A stretch of DNA of 64,000 nt from Eubacteriales bacterium (GCA_050309735.1 JBNRMS010000017.1:8432-72431); one strand, 5' to 3'; positions 49,109 through 58,785 are shown, counted from the stretch's first letter. The notes: a model not told the origin generated them from the sequence alone. Made by a program: numbers and translations.

Positions 49109-49330
49109 TCACCTCGTTAAAACATTAAGCTAATGAGGGATACGCTGGGGGAAACTTCCCCCAAGAAGTTTTCCCCAGACCTCCCTCAAGAACTTTTGGA
49201 GCATTTGGCGCAGCTAAATTTGGAGCATGCCGGGCCGCCCCCGGCCGGGCCCCACATCCCTCTCCGGGGGCGGGGTGAGGCAATCTGGTGTTAGGTTCAA
49301 TGTTATAAAATGTTATAATTAGATAATGGT
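49109..49330 (+). repeat. Intergenic repeat family B, full-length copy B3
   Basis: Starts 5 nt after the stop of the giant ORF. Collinear with B1 (6182-6390) along its whole length. Confidence 0.75.
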
Positions 49331-49332
49331 AT

Positions 49333-49372
49333 AAAAAAATGTGGCGGGGAGCTTCTTGATTGAAGCTCCCCG
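49333..49372 (-). terminator. Terminator of the ZIP transporter gene (bidirectional hairpin)
   Basis: 11-bp stem CGGGGAGCTTC/GAAGCTCCCCG with an A7 run on the plus side, which is the T-run on the minus strand. Confidence 0.7.
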
Positions 49373-49456
49373 CGGTTTTCATAGTTGCGACCATGCCCTT
49401 TTTGCTGCCGTGGCGATTGCGCCGCCATTTATAAAGGCAGCAAAGGCGCAAAACTA

Positions 49457-50245
49457 TTATCCCAATGCAACGTCGAGCACCATCATCAGCGAGAAGCCAA
49501 GGGCAACGCTGATTGTCGCGATATTGCTGTGTTCGCCCGTTTGGGATTCGGGAATAAGGTCGTCGACGACAACATAAATCATCGCCCCCGCCGCGAAAGC
49601 AAGTATGTAGGGCAGCACGGGTGTGATGAGCGAGGTCAGAAGGATGGTCAGAAAAGCGCCTACCGGCTCGACCACGCCCGAGAGAAAGCCGTACATAAAC
49701 GAGCGCCGCTTTGAAACACCGTTACTGACAAGCGGCATTGATATTATCGCACCCTCGGGGAAATTCTGAATAGCTATTCCGATAGAGAGCGCAAAGGCCG
49801 CCGCCGGGGTTATGCCTCCGCTGCCGCTCATCATCCCCGCAAACACAACGCCTACCGCCATGCCCTCGGGTATATTGTGCAGCGTGACGGCAAGCATCAG
49901 CATCAGCGATTTGCTGATATTGGAACCTACCCCTTCGGGCTGTTTTGAATCTACATGAAGATGGGGGATTAGCGTGTCGAGCAGGAGCAGGAATAATATT
50001 CCGCCAAGAAATCCTACAAGAGCCGGAAACCACGCGGGCAGCGCCCGCCCCTCGGCCATGTCGATAGCAGGAATCAGGAGCGACCAAATCGACGCCGCAA
50101 TCATAACCCCCGAGGCAAATCCGAGCAGTGCTTTTCGCATTACCGACTTCATCTCCCTTTTAAGGAAAAAGACCATCGAGGCTCCCAGTGTTGTTCCGAT
50201 CAGAGGGATGGTAATGCCTATCATCGCATTTTGAACATTGTCCAT
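49457..50245 (-). CDS. ZIP-family divalent metal (zinc) transporter
   Basis: HNIPEGMAVG and QNFPEGAIISMP motifs in a polytopic protein of about 262 aa. Start set at MDNVQNAM, which has a GGAAAGGAAAAG RBS. Confidence 0.85.
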   Translation of the reverse strand: MDNVQNAMIGITIPLIGTTLGASMVFFLKREMKSVMRKALLGFASGVMIAASIWSLLIPAIDMAEGRALPAWFPALVGFLGGILFLLLLDTLIPHLHVDSKQPEGVGSNISKSLMLMLAVTLHNIPEGMAVGVVFAGMMSGSGGITPAAAFALSIGIAIQNFPEGAIISMPLVSNGVSKRRSFMYGFLSGVVEPVGAFLTILLTSLITPVLPYILAFAAGAMIYVVVDDLIPESQTGEHSNIATISVALGFSLMMVLDVALG

Positions 50246-50367
50246 TTTTTTGCTTTTCCTTTCCGACTTGCTTTGATTGTTTGTTAACATTATTCTACCA
50301 CAAAAAACAGAGAAATCAAGGGGGGAGGCATTCAGGCGGCTTTTTTTGCCTTTTAATTGCCCTCGCC

Positions 50368-50386
50368 CCGATATTATAATATTCGG
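50368..50386. promoter_or_regulatory. AT-rich near-palindrome, copy 1 (candidate operator)
   Basis: CCGATATTATAATATTCGG has a perfect 12-bp palindromic core, ATATTATAATAT. About 120 nt upstream of the ZIP start. A related copy lies at 50516-50535. Confidence 0.35.
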
Positions 50387-50422
50387 TAAAATGCGACAGT
50401 GTTCGCGAAAAATAAAGGTATC

Positions 50423-50463
50423 AAAAAAAGACGCGCGTGTGCTCTGTGCAGAGCACACGCGCG
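50423..50463 (-). terminator. Strong rho-independent terminator
   Basis: 14-bp perfect stem CGCGCGTGTGCTCT/AGAGCACACGCGCG with loop GTGC and a T7 run on the minus strand. Confidence 0.8.
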
Positions 50464-50515
50464 CCGTGGGCAGTGGGTTTGATTAGTATTAACGACAAGG
50501 AGAGCTGAGGCCGCA

Positions 50516-50535
50516 CCGCAAATTATAATGTTCGG
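50516..50535. promoter_or_regulatory. AT-rich near-palindrome, copy 2
   Basis: CCGCAAATTATAATGTTCGG shares CCG..A.ATTATAAT.TTCGGT with copy 1. Contains TATAAT on the minus strand about 55 nt before the terminator hairpin. Confidence 0.3.
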
Positions 50536-50604
50536 TGGATTGCCAAGAAGGGCGCACTGTCCTGCGGAGCAGACAGATTCTGCCGGGAAAAATCGCGATG
50601 CATA

Positions 50605-52524
50605 TCACTCAAGCTCAAACGCTCCGGTATAGAGCTGATAATATGTCCCCCTCTCGGCAAGGAGTTTTTCGTGGCTGCCGCGCTCGATTATGCGGCCGCT
50701 ATCAAGAACCATAATGACATCGGAATTCATAACAGTTGAGAGCCGGTGCGCGATTACAAAGACTGTGCGCCCTTCCATCAGTTTGTCCATCCCGCGCTGG
50801 ACTATAGTTTCTGTGCGGGTGTCGATTGAGGAGGTTGCCTCGTCAAGAATCATAACCGGCGGGTCGGCAACGGCGGCGCGTGCAATGGCTATTAGCTGGC
50901 GCTGACCCTGCGAGAGGTTTGAACCGTTTCCCGATAGTTGTGTATTGTAGCCGTCGGGCAGGCGGGAGATGAAGTCATCGGCTCCGGCAAGGATTGCGGC
51001 AGTGCGGCAGTCGTCGTCGCTGGCATCAAGCCGACCATAGCGGATATTGTCCATAACAGTTCCGGTGAAAAGATTGGTTTCCTGAAGGACGATGCCGAGC
51101 GAGCGGCGCAGATCGGCCTTCTTTATTTTGTTTATATTTATGCCGTCGTAACGGATTTTACCGTCGGCGATGTCGTAGAAGCGGTTTATGAGGTTGGTTA
51201 TTGTGGTTTTCCCGGCGCCTGTTGCGCCGACAAAGGCAACCTTCTGACCCGGGGCGGCATAGACAGAGATATCGTGCAGCACGGGCTTGTCTTTCTCATA
51301 GGCGAAGTCGACATTATAAAAACGCACATCGCCGGCAAGCCGGGTATAGGTTATTGTGCCGTCCGAATGCGGGTGGCGCCAAGCCCAGATGCCGGTGCGC
51401 TCGTCGGTCTCGGAGATGCTGCCGTCCTCGGCGATTTTTGCGTTTACGAGAGTGACATAACCCTGGTCGACCTCGGGTTGCTCGTCCATCAGGGTAAAGA
51501 CGCGGTCAGCTCCGGCCGTGCCCATGACAATAGAATTTATCTGATGCGAGACCTGATTTATATTTCCGGTGAACTGCTTTGTCATATTGAGAAAGGGAAC
51601 GATGATACTAATACCGATAGGCAGACCCGAGAAGCTGAAGTTCGGAGCGTTTGTTATGAGCAGCAGCCCGCCGACCAGTGCGACAAGAACATATAGAACA
51701 CTGCCTATATTCATGATGACCGGGCCGAGGATATTGGCATACGCATGGGCGCGGCGGCTGTCCTCGCAGAGGCTGTCGTTGAGCGCGTTGAAATCGGCTC
51801 GGCTCTCGTCTTCATGGCAGAAAACCTTGATAACGCGCTGGCCGTTCATCATTTCTTGGATAAAGCCCTCAAGCCGTCCGGTTGCTTTCTGCTGGAGCAT
51901 AAAGTATTTTGCTGAGCCTCCCCCCACCTTCTTTGAAACGATAAAAATCGCGCCGACGCCGCCCAGCACAAGCAGGGTCAGCCAGCCGCAGTAATAGGTC
52001 ATAATGCCAAAGAGGGTGAGCACTATCATGCTCGACTGGAGAAGCTGGGGCAGCGACTGTGATATAAGCTCGCGCAGGGTATCGACGTCGTTTGTATAGT
52101 GGCTCATAATGTCGCCGTGCTTGTGCGTGTCGAAATAAGCAATGGGGAGCGCCTGCATATTATCAAAAAGATTTTTGCGAAGCTTATGAAGGAAGCCCTG
52201 CGTGATATAGGTCATGAGCTGAGTCCAGGTCAGCATTGAGAGAATCGAGAGCAAATAAAGGGTTATGAGAAGCAGAATTGAGGGGATAATCTCGGCTCTT
52301 GCCGAGGTCCAGTCGCCGGTTTTATACCATGCCTCTATTACGGTTATAATTTTCTGAATAAAGAGCGAGGGAATGGCAGAGACGGCCGAGGAGAAGAGAA
52401 TGCAAAATATTACAACAGGTATAAGCCCTGGATAATATCTGAAAAGCAGCTTGATAAGGCGCAAAAAAGTGCCCTTCCTGACCATCGGGTTTCTTTTCTT
52501 TTGGGTGCTGAGGGGCTCAGACAT
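50605..52524 (-). CDS. ABC exporter, fused permease/ATPase subunit
   Basis: Six-TM ABC_membrane domain plus Walker A GATGAGKTT, signature LSQGQRQ and Walker B ILDEATSSID. Start at MSEPL overlaps the upstream stop (ATGTCTGA) and follows GGAGG. Confidence 0.9.
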   Translation of the reverse strand: MSEPLSTQKKRNPMVRKGTFLRLIKLLFRYYPGLIPVVIFCILFSSAVSAIPSLFIQKIITVIEAWYKTGDWTSARAEIIPSILLLITLYLLSILSMLTWTQLMTYITQGFLHKLRKNLFDNMQALPIAYFDTHKHGDIMSHYTNDVDTLRELISQSLPQLLQSSMIVLTLFGIMTYYCGWLTLLVLGGVGAIFIVSKKVGGGSAKYFMLQQKATGRLEGFIQEMMNGQRVIKVFCHEDESRADFNALNDSLCEDSRRAHAYANILGPVIMNIGSVLYVLVALVGGLLLITNAPNFSFSGLPIGISIIVPFLNMTKQFTGNINQVSHQINSIVMGTAGADRVFTLMDEQPEVDQGYVTLVNAKIAEDGSISETDERTGIWAWRHPHSDGTITYTRLAGDVRFYNVDFAYEKDKPVLHDISVYAAPGQKVAFVGATGAGKTTITNLINRFYDIADGKIRYDGININKIKKADLRRSLGIVLQETNLFTGTVMDNIRYGRLDASDDDCRTAAILAGADDFISRLPDGYNTQLSGNGSNLSQGQRQLIAIARAAVADPPVMILDEATSSIDTRTETIVQRGMDKLMEGRTVFVIAHRLSTVMNSDVIMVLDSGRIIERGSHEKLLAERGTYYQLYTGAFELE

Positions 52525-54259
52525 TCTCACCGCCTCCTTTCGTCTGCTGCTGATAGATCTCGCGGTATATTTCGTTTGTGGCGAGCAACTTATCATGCGT
52601 GCCCGAGCTGATTATTTTGCCGCTCTCAAGCACTATTATCAGATCGGCGTCGACAACAGACGCCACCCGCTGAGCTATTATAATTTTGGTGGTTTGGGGG
52701 ATATATTCACGCAGGGCGCTGCGAATGCGCGCGTCGGTTCGGGTGTCAACGGCGCTTGTCGAGTCGTCAAGTATCAGAATTTTCGGCTTTTTAAGAAGCG
52801 CTCGGGCAATGCACAGGCGCTGCCTCTGGCCGCCTGAGAGATTTGTGCCGCCCTGCTCTATTTTTGTATTGTACCCGTCGGGGAAGGAGCGGACGAATTC
52901 GTCTGCTTCGGCCAGGCGGCAGGCCTCTATGAGTTCATCATCGGTGGCCTCTTTGTTGCCCCAGCGGAGGTTTTCGGCCACCGTTCCCGAGAAGAGCTGA
53001 TTTTTTTGAAGCACAACCGAAACCTCTGAGCGCAGGGTTTCAAGGTCGTATTGTCTCACATCGACCCCGCCGACCTTGAGATAGCCCTCGGTCACGTCAT
53101 AAAGCCGGGGGATGAGTTGAACCAGCGTTGATTTTCCCGAGCCGGTGACGCCCAGCACCCCCACAGTCATACCCGATTTTATATTCAGATTTATATTCGA
53201 GAGGGCATATTTTTCGGCGCGCTCGGAATATTTGAAGCTCACATCGCAAAATTCGACCGAGCCGTCTGAAAGCTCATAGACAGGATTTTCGGGGTTTCTC
53301 AGTGCCGGCTCCTCTGTGAGCACCTCGGTTATCCTGCGCGCCGATTCGGAAGACATTGTAAGCATCACATATATCATCGAGAGCATCATCAGTGAGTTTA
53401 GGATTTGGAAGCCGTATGTCAGCATAGCCGAGAGCTGGCCAACGTCAAGGTTAAGACCCATGCCGGTGATAACCAGGCGCGAGCCTACAAGCAGGACAAA
53501 AATCATATTAAAATAAAGGCAAACCTGCATAATCGGGCTGACAAGCGCTACTATGCGTCCGGCCTTTGTGAAATCGATCCTGATATCCTCCGAGGCGGCG
53601 GCAAATCTGGCCTTTTCATATTCCTCGCGGACAAAGCCCTTAACGGCGCGCATTGACATCACGTTTTCCTCGATTGACTCATTGAGCTTATCGTATTTCC
53701 GGAAAACCCGCCGGAAAGCCGGCATGGCAAACTTTGCGACCATAAAAAGTCCGAAAATAAGAATAGGAACGACGACTACGAACATAGCCGCAAGCGCCCC
53801 GCCCATGATATATGACATTATAATCGAGAAGGTAAAGACCAGGGGCGAGCGAACCGCCACTCGAATTATCATCATGAAGGCCATTTGGACATAGCTGATA
53901 TCGGTGGTCATGCGGGTGACGAGCGAGGCGGTTGAAAATTTGTCGATATTGCCGAAAGAGAAATTCAGGACGCGATCAAAAAGGTCGTGGCGCAGATTTT
54001 TTGCAAATCCTGTCGAAGCCTTTGCCGAGGTGAAGCCGGCGGCCGCCCCGAAGGCGAGCGAAACGAAGGCCATCGCAAGGAGTATTAGACCGTATTTGAG
54101 GATGACATCGTATTCGCAGCCGTTTTTAATTTCATTTATCAGTCGTGCGATAAAAAACGGGATGAGGCATTCTATGATTGCCTCGCCCGCAATAAAGGTT
54201 GGAGTGAGCAGAGCTGCTTTTTTATATTCGCGTATGCTGCCTGCCAGACGTCTTATCAT
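52517..54259 (-). CDS. ABC exporter, fused permease/ATPase subunit
   Basis: 580 aa. Walker A GVTGSGKST, signature LSGGQRQR, Walker B ILILDDSTSAVD. Likely heterodimer partner of the downstream gene. Confidence 0.9.
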   Translation of the reverse strand: MIRRLAGSIREYKKAALLTPTFIAGEAIIECLIPFFIARLINEIKNGCEYDVILKYGLILLAMAFVSLAFGAAAGFTSAKASTGFAKNLRHDLFDRVLNFSFGNIDKFSTASLVTRMTTDISYVQMAFMMIIRVAVRSPLVFTFSIIMSYIMGGALAAMFVVVVPILIFGLFMVAKFAMPAFRRVFRKYDKLNESIEENVMSMRAVKGFVREEYEKARFAAASEDIRIDFTKAGRIVALVSPIMQVCLYFNMIFVLLVGSRLVITGMGLNLDVGQLSAMLTYGFQILNSLMMLSMIYVMLTMSSESARRITEVLTEEPALRNPENPVYELSDGSVEFCDVSFKYSERAEKYALSNINLNIKSGMTVGVLGVTGSGKSTLVQLIPRLYDVTEGYLKVGGVDVRQYDLETLRSEVSVVLQKNQLFSGTVAENLRWGNKEATDDELIEACRLAEADEFVRSFPDGYNTKIEQGGTNLSGGQRQRLCIARALLKKPKILILDDSTSAVDTRTDARIRSALREYIPQTTKIIIAQRVASVVDADLIIVLESGKIISSGTHDKLLATNEIYREIYQQQTKGGGENV

Positions 54260-54304
54260 TCTTGCATTTTCCTTCCGGGAGTTTTTTGTTTCAATGCTCC
54301 CAAA

Positions 54305-54336
54305 GTGTCATTGCGGGTAAAATCCCGCAATGACAC
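54305..54336 (-). promoter_or_regulatory. 13-bp perfect hairpin in front of the ABC exporter genes
   Basis: GTGTCATTGCGGG-6 nt-CCCGCAATGACAC lies about 45 nt upstream of the exporter start codon, between it and the preceding terminator. Confidence 0.4.
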
Positions 54337-54347
54337 CTTGTAAACAG

Positions 54348-54383
54348 ATAAAAGTTTGAAAGAAAACTTATTTTCTTTCAAAC
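54348..54383 (-). terminator. Rho-independent terminator of the sugar-phosphate isomerase gene
   Basis: 13-bp stem GTTTGAAAGAAAA/TTTTCTTTCAAAC followed by TTTTAT on the minus strand. Confidence 0.7.
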
Positions 54384-54391
54384 AACCGGCC

Positions 54392-55288
54392 TTATGCCTT
54401 TCTGCTATTCTCAGCAAGTGCGATAAGGTGCCGGCCAACGTCGGCCATGAAGCCGAGTGCGGTGGGGTAGAACTGGTCGTCGAAGTTTCTGAGGAAGGCG
54501 CCTTCGGTTTCAAAGGTGAAGTCGCCGGTATAGTTTATTTCGCCAAGAGCCCGGGCAATCTCGCCCCAGTGGAGCAGGCCTGTTCCGGGTAGAAGGTGCT
54601 GATCATCGCGGTAGTTATTGTCATGTATATGAAGCGATTTGAGGCGGTCGTGCCCGAGGGCATGAATCATTTCCTCAGCCTCCCCGCAACCCACAATAAG
54701 GCCAACATGTCCGACATCAAGGCAGGCGACTATATACTCGCTGTCAAGCGTGTCTATGTATCGGATAAACTCCTCGGCGCGCGAGCAGGTGTCGTTAACC
54801 GGGTGTTTGCGGAGCGGGTCAGACCTCCACATGTTTTCAACCGCAATCTTAATTCCGTATTCACGTGCATAGGGGATAAGGCTGCGGTAATACTTCATGT
54901 TTATCTCAAAGATTTCCTCCTCGCGCCCGGCATATGTCATATAATGAATCGGGTGGACTACCGCGATTTGGGCGCCGAGCAGCGCGGTTATCTCAAGCGA
55001 GCGGAGAATGCGCGGGTATGCTATGTCGTCGAAACGCGTTTCCCAGGTTTTGACCGGGAAGGAGAAGGGCGTGTGTGTCTGATTGAATTCGATGCCGATT
55101 TTCTCGGCATACTGTTTTATATACTCGGCGCGCGAGCGGTAGTCATCGGTGTTAAATATATTATCGTCGGCTGTCATTTGATTCAGGGAGTAGTCAAGCG
55201 CGTCGAATCCGGCGTTTTTATAGAGTGTTACAGCTTGTTCGGTTCCGAATCGGCGCTCGGAGTAGCCTATTGTGTTTGATAATTTCAT
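54392..55288 (-). CDS. Sugar phosphate isomerase/epimerase (xylose-isomerase-like TIM barrel)
   Basis: AP_endonuc_2 family pattern (GFDALDY.., IAVENM, LDVGH, LHIHDN). Start set at MKLSNTIGY. Confidence 0.75.
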   Translation of the reverse strand: MKLSNTIGYSERRFGTEQAVTLYKNAGFDALDYSLNQMTADDNIFNTDDYRSRAEYIKQYAEKIGIEFNQTHTPFSFPVKTWETRFDDIAYPRILRSLEITALLGAQIAVVHPIHYMTYAGREEEIFEINMKYYRSLIPYAREYGIKIAVENMWRSDPLRKHPVNDTCSRAEEFIRYIDTLDSEYIVACLDVGHVGLIVGCGEAEEMIHALGHDRLKSLHIHDNNYRDDQHLLPGTGLLHWGEIARALGEINYTGDFTFETEGAFLRNFDDQFYPTALGFMADVGRHLIALAENSRKA

Positions 55289-55434
55289 TTTTTCAATACC
55301 TTTCTTTGAATATGACAAATAATACACATTGGCAATTTTCGCAAAAACCTGCGACTATAAATAGATTGTAGTACTTTTCCCGTTCAATGTCAATACATAT
55401 ATTGCATTCCTCGGCGGCTTAGGCCGTCGGTTTT

Positions 55435-55758
55435 TTAGCATTGACCTCCTGCCCTGCACGCGGTATTATCATCATCGGGCTGCTTGGAAATAATATCGGG
55501 CAGGAGCTCTCTGTTTTTCTTTAACCACGCGTGTGCAAATGGGCAGGTGGCGCTTGCCGTTAGTTTTCTCGCGCGCAAATGCGCTACAAAAGCCTCCATC
55601 ATCCTCCCGGCAATACCCTCTCCCCTGTGAGCCGGATGAACAAAGGTGTGGTTGATAACAGCCTCGCGCTTTTCCGAGAAAACATAGGTCAGCTCTGCTA
55701 AAAGCTCACCGTCCCGGTTAAGACAAAACATCCGCCCGTCCTCGTGTATCCAATTCAT
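55435..55758 (-). CDS. Small GNAT-family N-acetyltransferase (YjdJ-like)
   Basis: 107 aa with HTFVHPAHRGEGIAGRMMEAFV..ATCPFA, the single-domain GNAT pattern. Confidence 0.7.
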   Translation of the reverse strand: MNWIHEDGRMFCLNRDGELLAELTYVFSEKREAVINHTFVHPAHRGEGIAGRMMEAFVAHLRARKLTASATCPFAHAWLKKNRELLPDIISKQPDDDNTACRAGGQC

Positions 55759-56139
55759 ATAAGCCTCCTTATTTTATGAGACATTGCTTGACTTGCCCTC
55801 GCGCGAGTTTCGACGTGGCAGGCTTTTTGGGAACCTGCTAATATTATAATTATATCACATTATCAGCTCTAAAACAATCACAACAACACAAATAAACTTC
55901 ACGAAAAGTGCATCAATATTTTTTTATTCAAACGCATAATTGCCCGCTTTTAACAAACACTAACAGAGCAAGCAAACTGCTTTAAACAGTGTTCGCATAA
56001 GGACAAGTCTGAAAGAAAACAAATTTTATCAGACAACGAGCCCTGTGTTCTTGCCGCAGCAATTTTGTCGCAGCAAAGTTGTCGGCACGCCGGAAAAGAG
56101 ACATAAGGCTCGGCACGATAGAAAGGAATGGTTATATAT

Positions 56140-56697
56140 ATGAAAGCAACAGGCATCGTTCGTAGAATAGACGATTTAGGCCGAGTGGTGATTCCAAAAG
56201 AGATCCGCCGGACAATGAGAATACGGGAAGGCGACCCGCTTGAGATATACACCGACCGCGATGGCGAGGTGATATTCAAAAAATATTCGCCGATAGGGGA
56301 ATTGGCCTCTTTCGCTGCGCAATATGCCGAAACCCTCCATAAAACCTGCTCGATGGCGGTTGTAATCTGCGACCGCGACGCAGTTATCGCAAGTTCGGGT
56401 GTTCCCAAGAAGGAATATAACGACAAACAGCTCTCTGACGAAATGGAGACGATAATCGAGAACCGAGCACTTTATTTATGGCGCGAGGGCGGGGAGAAGC
56501 TTCCGATAATCGCCGACAGCGAAAACCACTATGTAAGCTGCGCAATGCCGATTCTGGCCGAGGGCGATTTAATCGGTTGCGTGGCATCTGTGGCCGATGT
56601 AAACGGTGAGCGCCCGCGTGACATGATAGGGGGTGAGGTTGAGTCTAAGCTGATACAGACCGCGGCCGGCTTTTTGGGCAGGCAGCTTGAGGGCTGA
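56140..56697 (+). CDS. spoVT: Stage V sporulation protein T (AbrB-family regulator)
   Basis: MKATGIVRRIDDLGRVVIPKEIRRTMRIREGDPLEIYTDRDGEVIFKKYSP is near-identical in pattern to the Bacillus SpoVT SpoVT-AbrB domain. A GAF-like C-terminal domain follows. Confidence 0.9.
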   Translation: MKATGIVRRIDDLGRVVIPKEIRRTMRIREGDPLEIYTDRDGEVIFKKYSPIGELASFAAQYAETLHKTCSMAVVICDRDAVIASSGVPKKEYNDKQLSDEMETIIENRALYLWREGGEKLPIIADSENHYVSCAMPILAEGDLIGCVASVADVNGERPRDMIGGEVESKLIQTAAGFLGRQLEG

Positions 56698-56740
56698 TAC
56701 TGATTTTCGATTAATAGGTAAAGTGGATAAAAGAAAGGCC

Positions 56741-56770
56741 GGGGGGGACTTCTTGAGCGAAGTTCCCCCC
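56741..56770 (+). repeat. Short family-B hairpin (B6), likely spoVT terminator
   Basis: GGGGGGGACTTCTTGAGCGAAGTTCCCCCC lies 44 nt after the spoVT stop. Confidence 0.6.
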
Positions 56771-56948
56771 GAATACTCATTTTGTGTATATATCGGCTAT
56801 GGCAAAAACCGGTTTTCTGAATCTATTCCACTCCTCGCGGCGCAGCTCTTACGGCGGGAACAAGAGCTATCTATATTTTCATACAAGGCGGGTGACAAGG
56901 CGAGCATTCTTTTATGAGGCTGATAAGCGGGGAATTTTGTGAAACAAC

Positions 56949-56977
56949 TTGATTTATGGTCGAGTATAGGCTATAAT
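56949..56977 (+). promoter_or_regulatory. Candidate promoter (TTGATT-17-TATAAT)
   Basis: TTGATT at 56949-56954 and TATAAT at 56972-56977. Upstream of comEB. Confidence 0.5.
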
Positions 56978-57045
56978 TATATAATGAAGTTATGTGCCGG
57001 AGCCGCCTGAGAGGGTGCGGCCGCGGAAAGGATAGAGCTACATAA

Positions 57046-57534
57046 ATGAAAAGAGTTACAAAGGAAAATTATTATCTTGATATCGCACGAACGGTTGCCG
57101 AGCGTAGCACCTGCCTGCGGAGAAAATACGGGTCGATAATAGTTCGCAATGATGTAATAGTTTCAACCGGATACAATGGCGCACCTCGGGGCAGAGCAAA
57201 TTGCGATGACCTCGGCTATTGTATGCGCGATAAACTGAATATACCGCGCGGCCAAAGATATGAGCTCTGCCGCTCGGTTCATTCCGAGGCAAATGCAATA
57301 ATCTCGGCCGGGCGCGAGCAGATGCTGGGGGCAACCCTTTATATGGCTTGCGTGTCTCCCGAAGACGGGAGCATTATTCCCGGAACAGACTCCTGCATGA
57401 TGTGCAAGCGTCTGATAATCAATGCCGGAATAGCGCGTGTCGTCGTGCGCGACACAGAAACCGAATACCGCGTTATTGATGTTATTGACTGGGTTGAAAA
57501 CGACGATTCGCTCAGCGGGCGCTTCGGATACTGA
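57046..57534 (+). CDS. comEB: dCMP deaminase (ComEB-type)
   Basis: CMP/dCMP deaminase zinc motifs VHSEANAI and PCMMCKRLIINAG. 162 aa. Confidence 0.85.
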   Translation: MKRVTKENYYLDIARTVAERSTCLRRKYGSIIVRNDVIVSTGYNGAPRGRANCDDLGYCMRDKLNIPRGQRYELCRSVHSEANAIISAGREQMLGATLYMACVSPEDGSIIPGTDSCMMCKRLIINAGIARVVVRDTETEYRVIDVIDWVENDDSLSGRFGY

Positions 57535-57556
57535 TTAAAGTAAGGAAGTGAAGCAT

Positions 57557-58183
57557 ATGAAAATCAGAAAAACAATTCGCGCGGCGGCTGCAGTGCTCCT
57601 TCTTACGCTGATTCTCTCCTCCTGCACTCTCTTTCTTAACACGCTGACCTATGACAAGGACAGGAACCTTTTCACCGATAAAAAAACCGGAATAGCTTAT
57701 ACAAACGCGCCGTCTACCTATGAGCCGGTTGAGGCGGGCGAGGAATACGCGGTGTGGAAGAGCGCGGGGGCGAAGGTTATATTCAGCGAAATAAAGGGGA
57801 TGAACCCGGCCGAGTGGCTCATGGAGGAAGGGAAAACTGTTTTTTACGCTGAGGGTGTCGTGCTGCCCACCCTCTCGGAGATGAAGCCTCATCTTGTATA
57901 TATCTGCATCGAACAGGCATATACAGTCGTGCTCTCAACCATTGAGGATGCCGGGGATATTGCCGAGCTGACAGAAAGATGGGAGAGCGGGGAGTCTGTC
58001 GTCTATCCCGCGATTTCGCCCGACCTTTCCTATCGCATAAAATTTCTCTCACAGGACTATCCCGGGCTTTACTACAGCCTGATTTATGCCAAATACAGCG
58101 ACGGCGGAGCCTACCTATACAGCCGCGACAGTGGCAGATGCGTTGAGGCAGGGGACATAATAAGCTTCACCGTCACGGGCTGA
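57557..58183 (+). CDS. Hypothetical lipoprotein
   Basis: Signal peptide with lipobox LSSC. Start set at ATG 57557, 8 nt after AAGGAAG. Confidence 0.55.
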   Translation: MKIRKTIRAAAAVLLLTLILSSCTLFLNTLTYDKDRNLFTDKKTGIAYTNAPSTYEPVEAGEEYAVWKSAGAKVIFSEIKGMNPAEWLMEEGKTVFYAEGVVLPTLSEMKPHLVYICIEQAYTVVLSTIEDAGDIAELTERWESGESVVYPAISPDLSYRIKFLSQDYPGLYYSLIYAKYSDGGAYLYSRDSGRCVEAGDIISFTVTG

Positions 58184-58196
58184 GCAAACTCGCCAT

Positions 58197-58655
58197 ATGG
58201 AATACGATATAAAACCCTTCGGGGTTGAGCATATAAGAGAGGCAGCCGAGATTGAGGCGCTCTCTTTCTCCGACCCTTGGAGCGAGAGGGGTCTGCTTAT
58301 GCTGACCCGAGAGGGCGCTGCGGCCTATGCTTGTGTCGAGCGCTCGGGTGGCAGGCTTGCCGCCTTCGCCGGAATGGTTACGGTGCTTGACGAGGGGCAG
58401 ATTGTCAACGTGGCAACCCATCCCGATTTCCGGCGGCGGGGCTGCGCGCGCTCGGTGCTCCGGGCGCTGATAGACTATGCAGACGCCTCGGATATAATCC
58501 TTCTCTCGCTTGAGGTTCGCGAGTCAAACTCGGCGGCAATTGCGCTTTATCTGTCCGAGGGCTTTTATGTTGCCGGGCGGCGGCCGGCCTTTTATCGCAA
58601 CCCGAGCGAGGCAGCGCTTGTGATGCTGCGTGATAAAACGGGGAAAATAGTTTAA
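58197..58655 (+). CDS. rimI: Ribosomal-protein-alanine N-acetyltransferase
   Basis: GNAT motif A (VATHPDFRRRGCARSVL), about 150 aa, immediately upstream of tsaD as in many genomes. Confidence 0.75.
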   Translation: MEYDIKPFGVEHIREAAEIEALSFSDPWSERGLLMLTREGAAAYACVERSGGRLAAFAGMVTVLDEGQIVNVATHPDFRRRGCARSVLRALIDYADASDIILLSLEVRESNSAAIALYLSEGFYVAGRRPAFYRNPSEAALVMLRDKTGKIV

Positions 58656-58785
58656 GACGCCATAGTTTGAGGTATAAAATCTTCAAATGCTGTTTTTGCG
58701 CTCTCGGATCTCTTGCGGATTCGGGTAATATAGCAGGTGCCGAAGATGCACCTCTTGGAGCCTAAAGAAAGAAATGGTCATATAA

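Noticed and set aside
50281-50296. TGTTAACA palindrome near the ZIP promoter as a Zur box
   Set aside because: It is only an 8-bp palindrome and does not match the Zur consensus I know (TCGTAATnATTACGA type).
55410-55437. Hairpin CGGCGGC-TTAG-GCCGTCG with a T-run on the plus strand, overlapping the GNAT stop codon
   Set aside because: It is oriented as a plus-strand terminator, but no plus-strand gene lies upstream. Weak evidence, so it is not reported as a feature.
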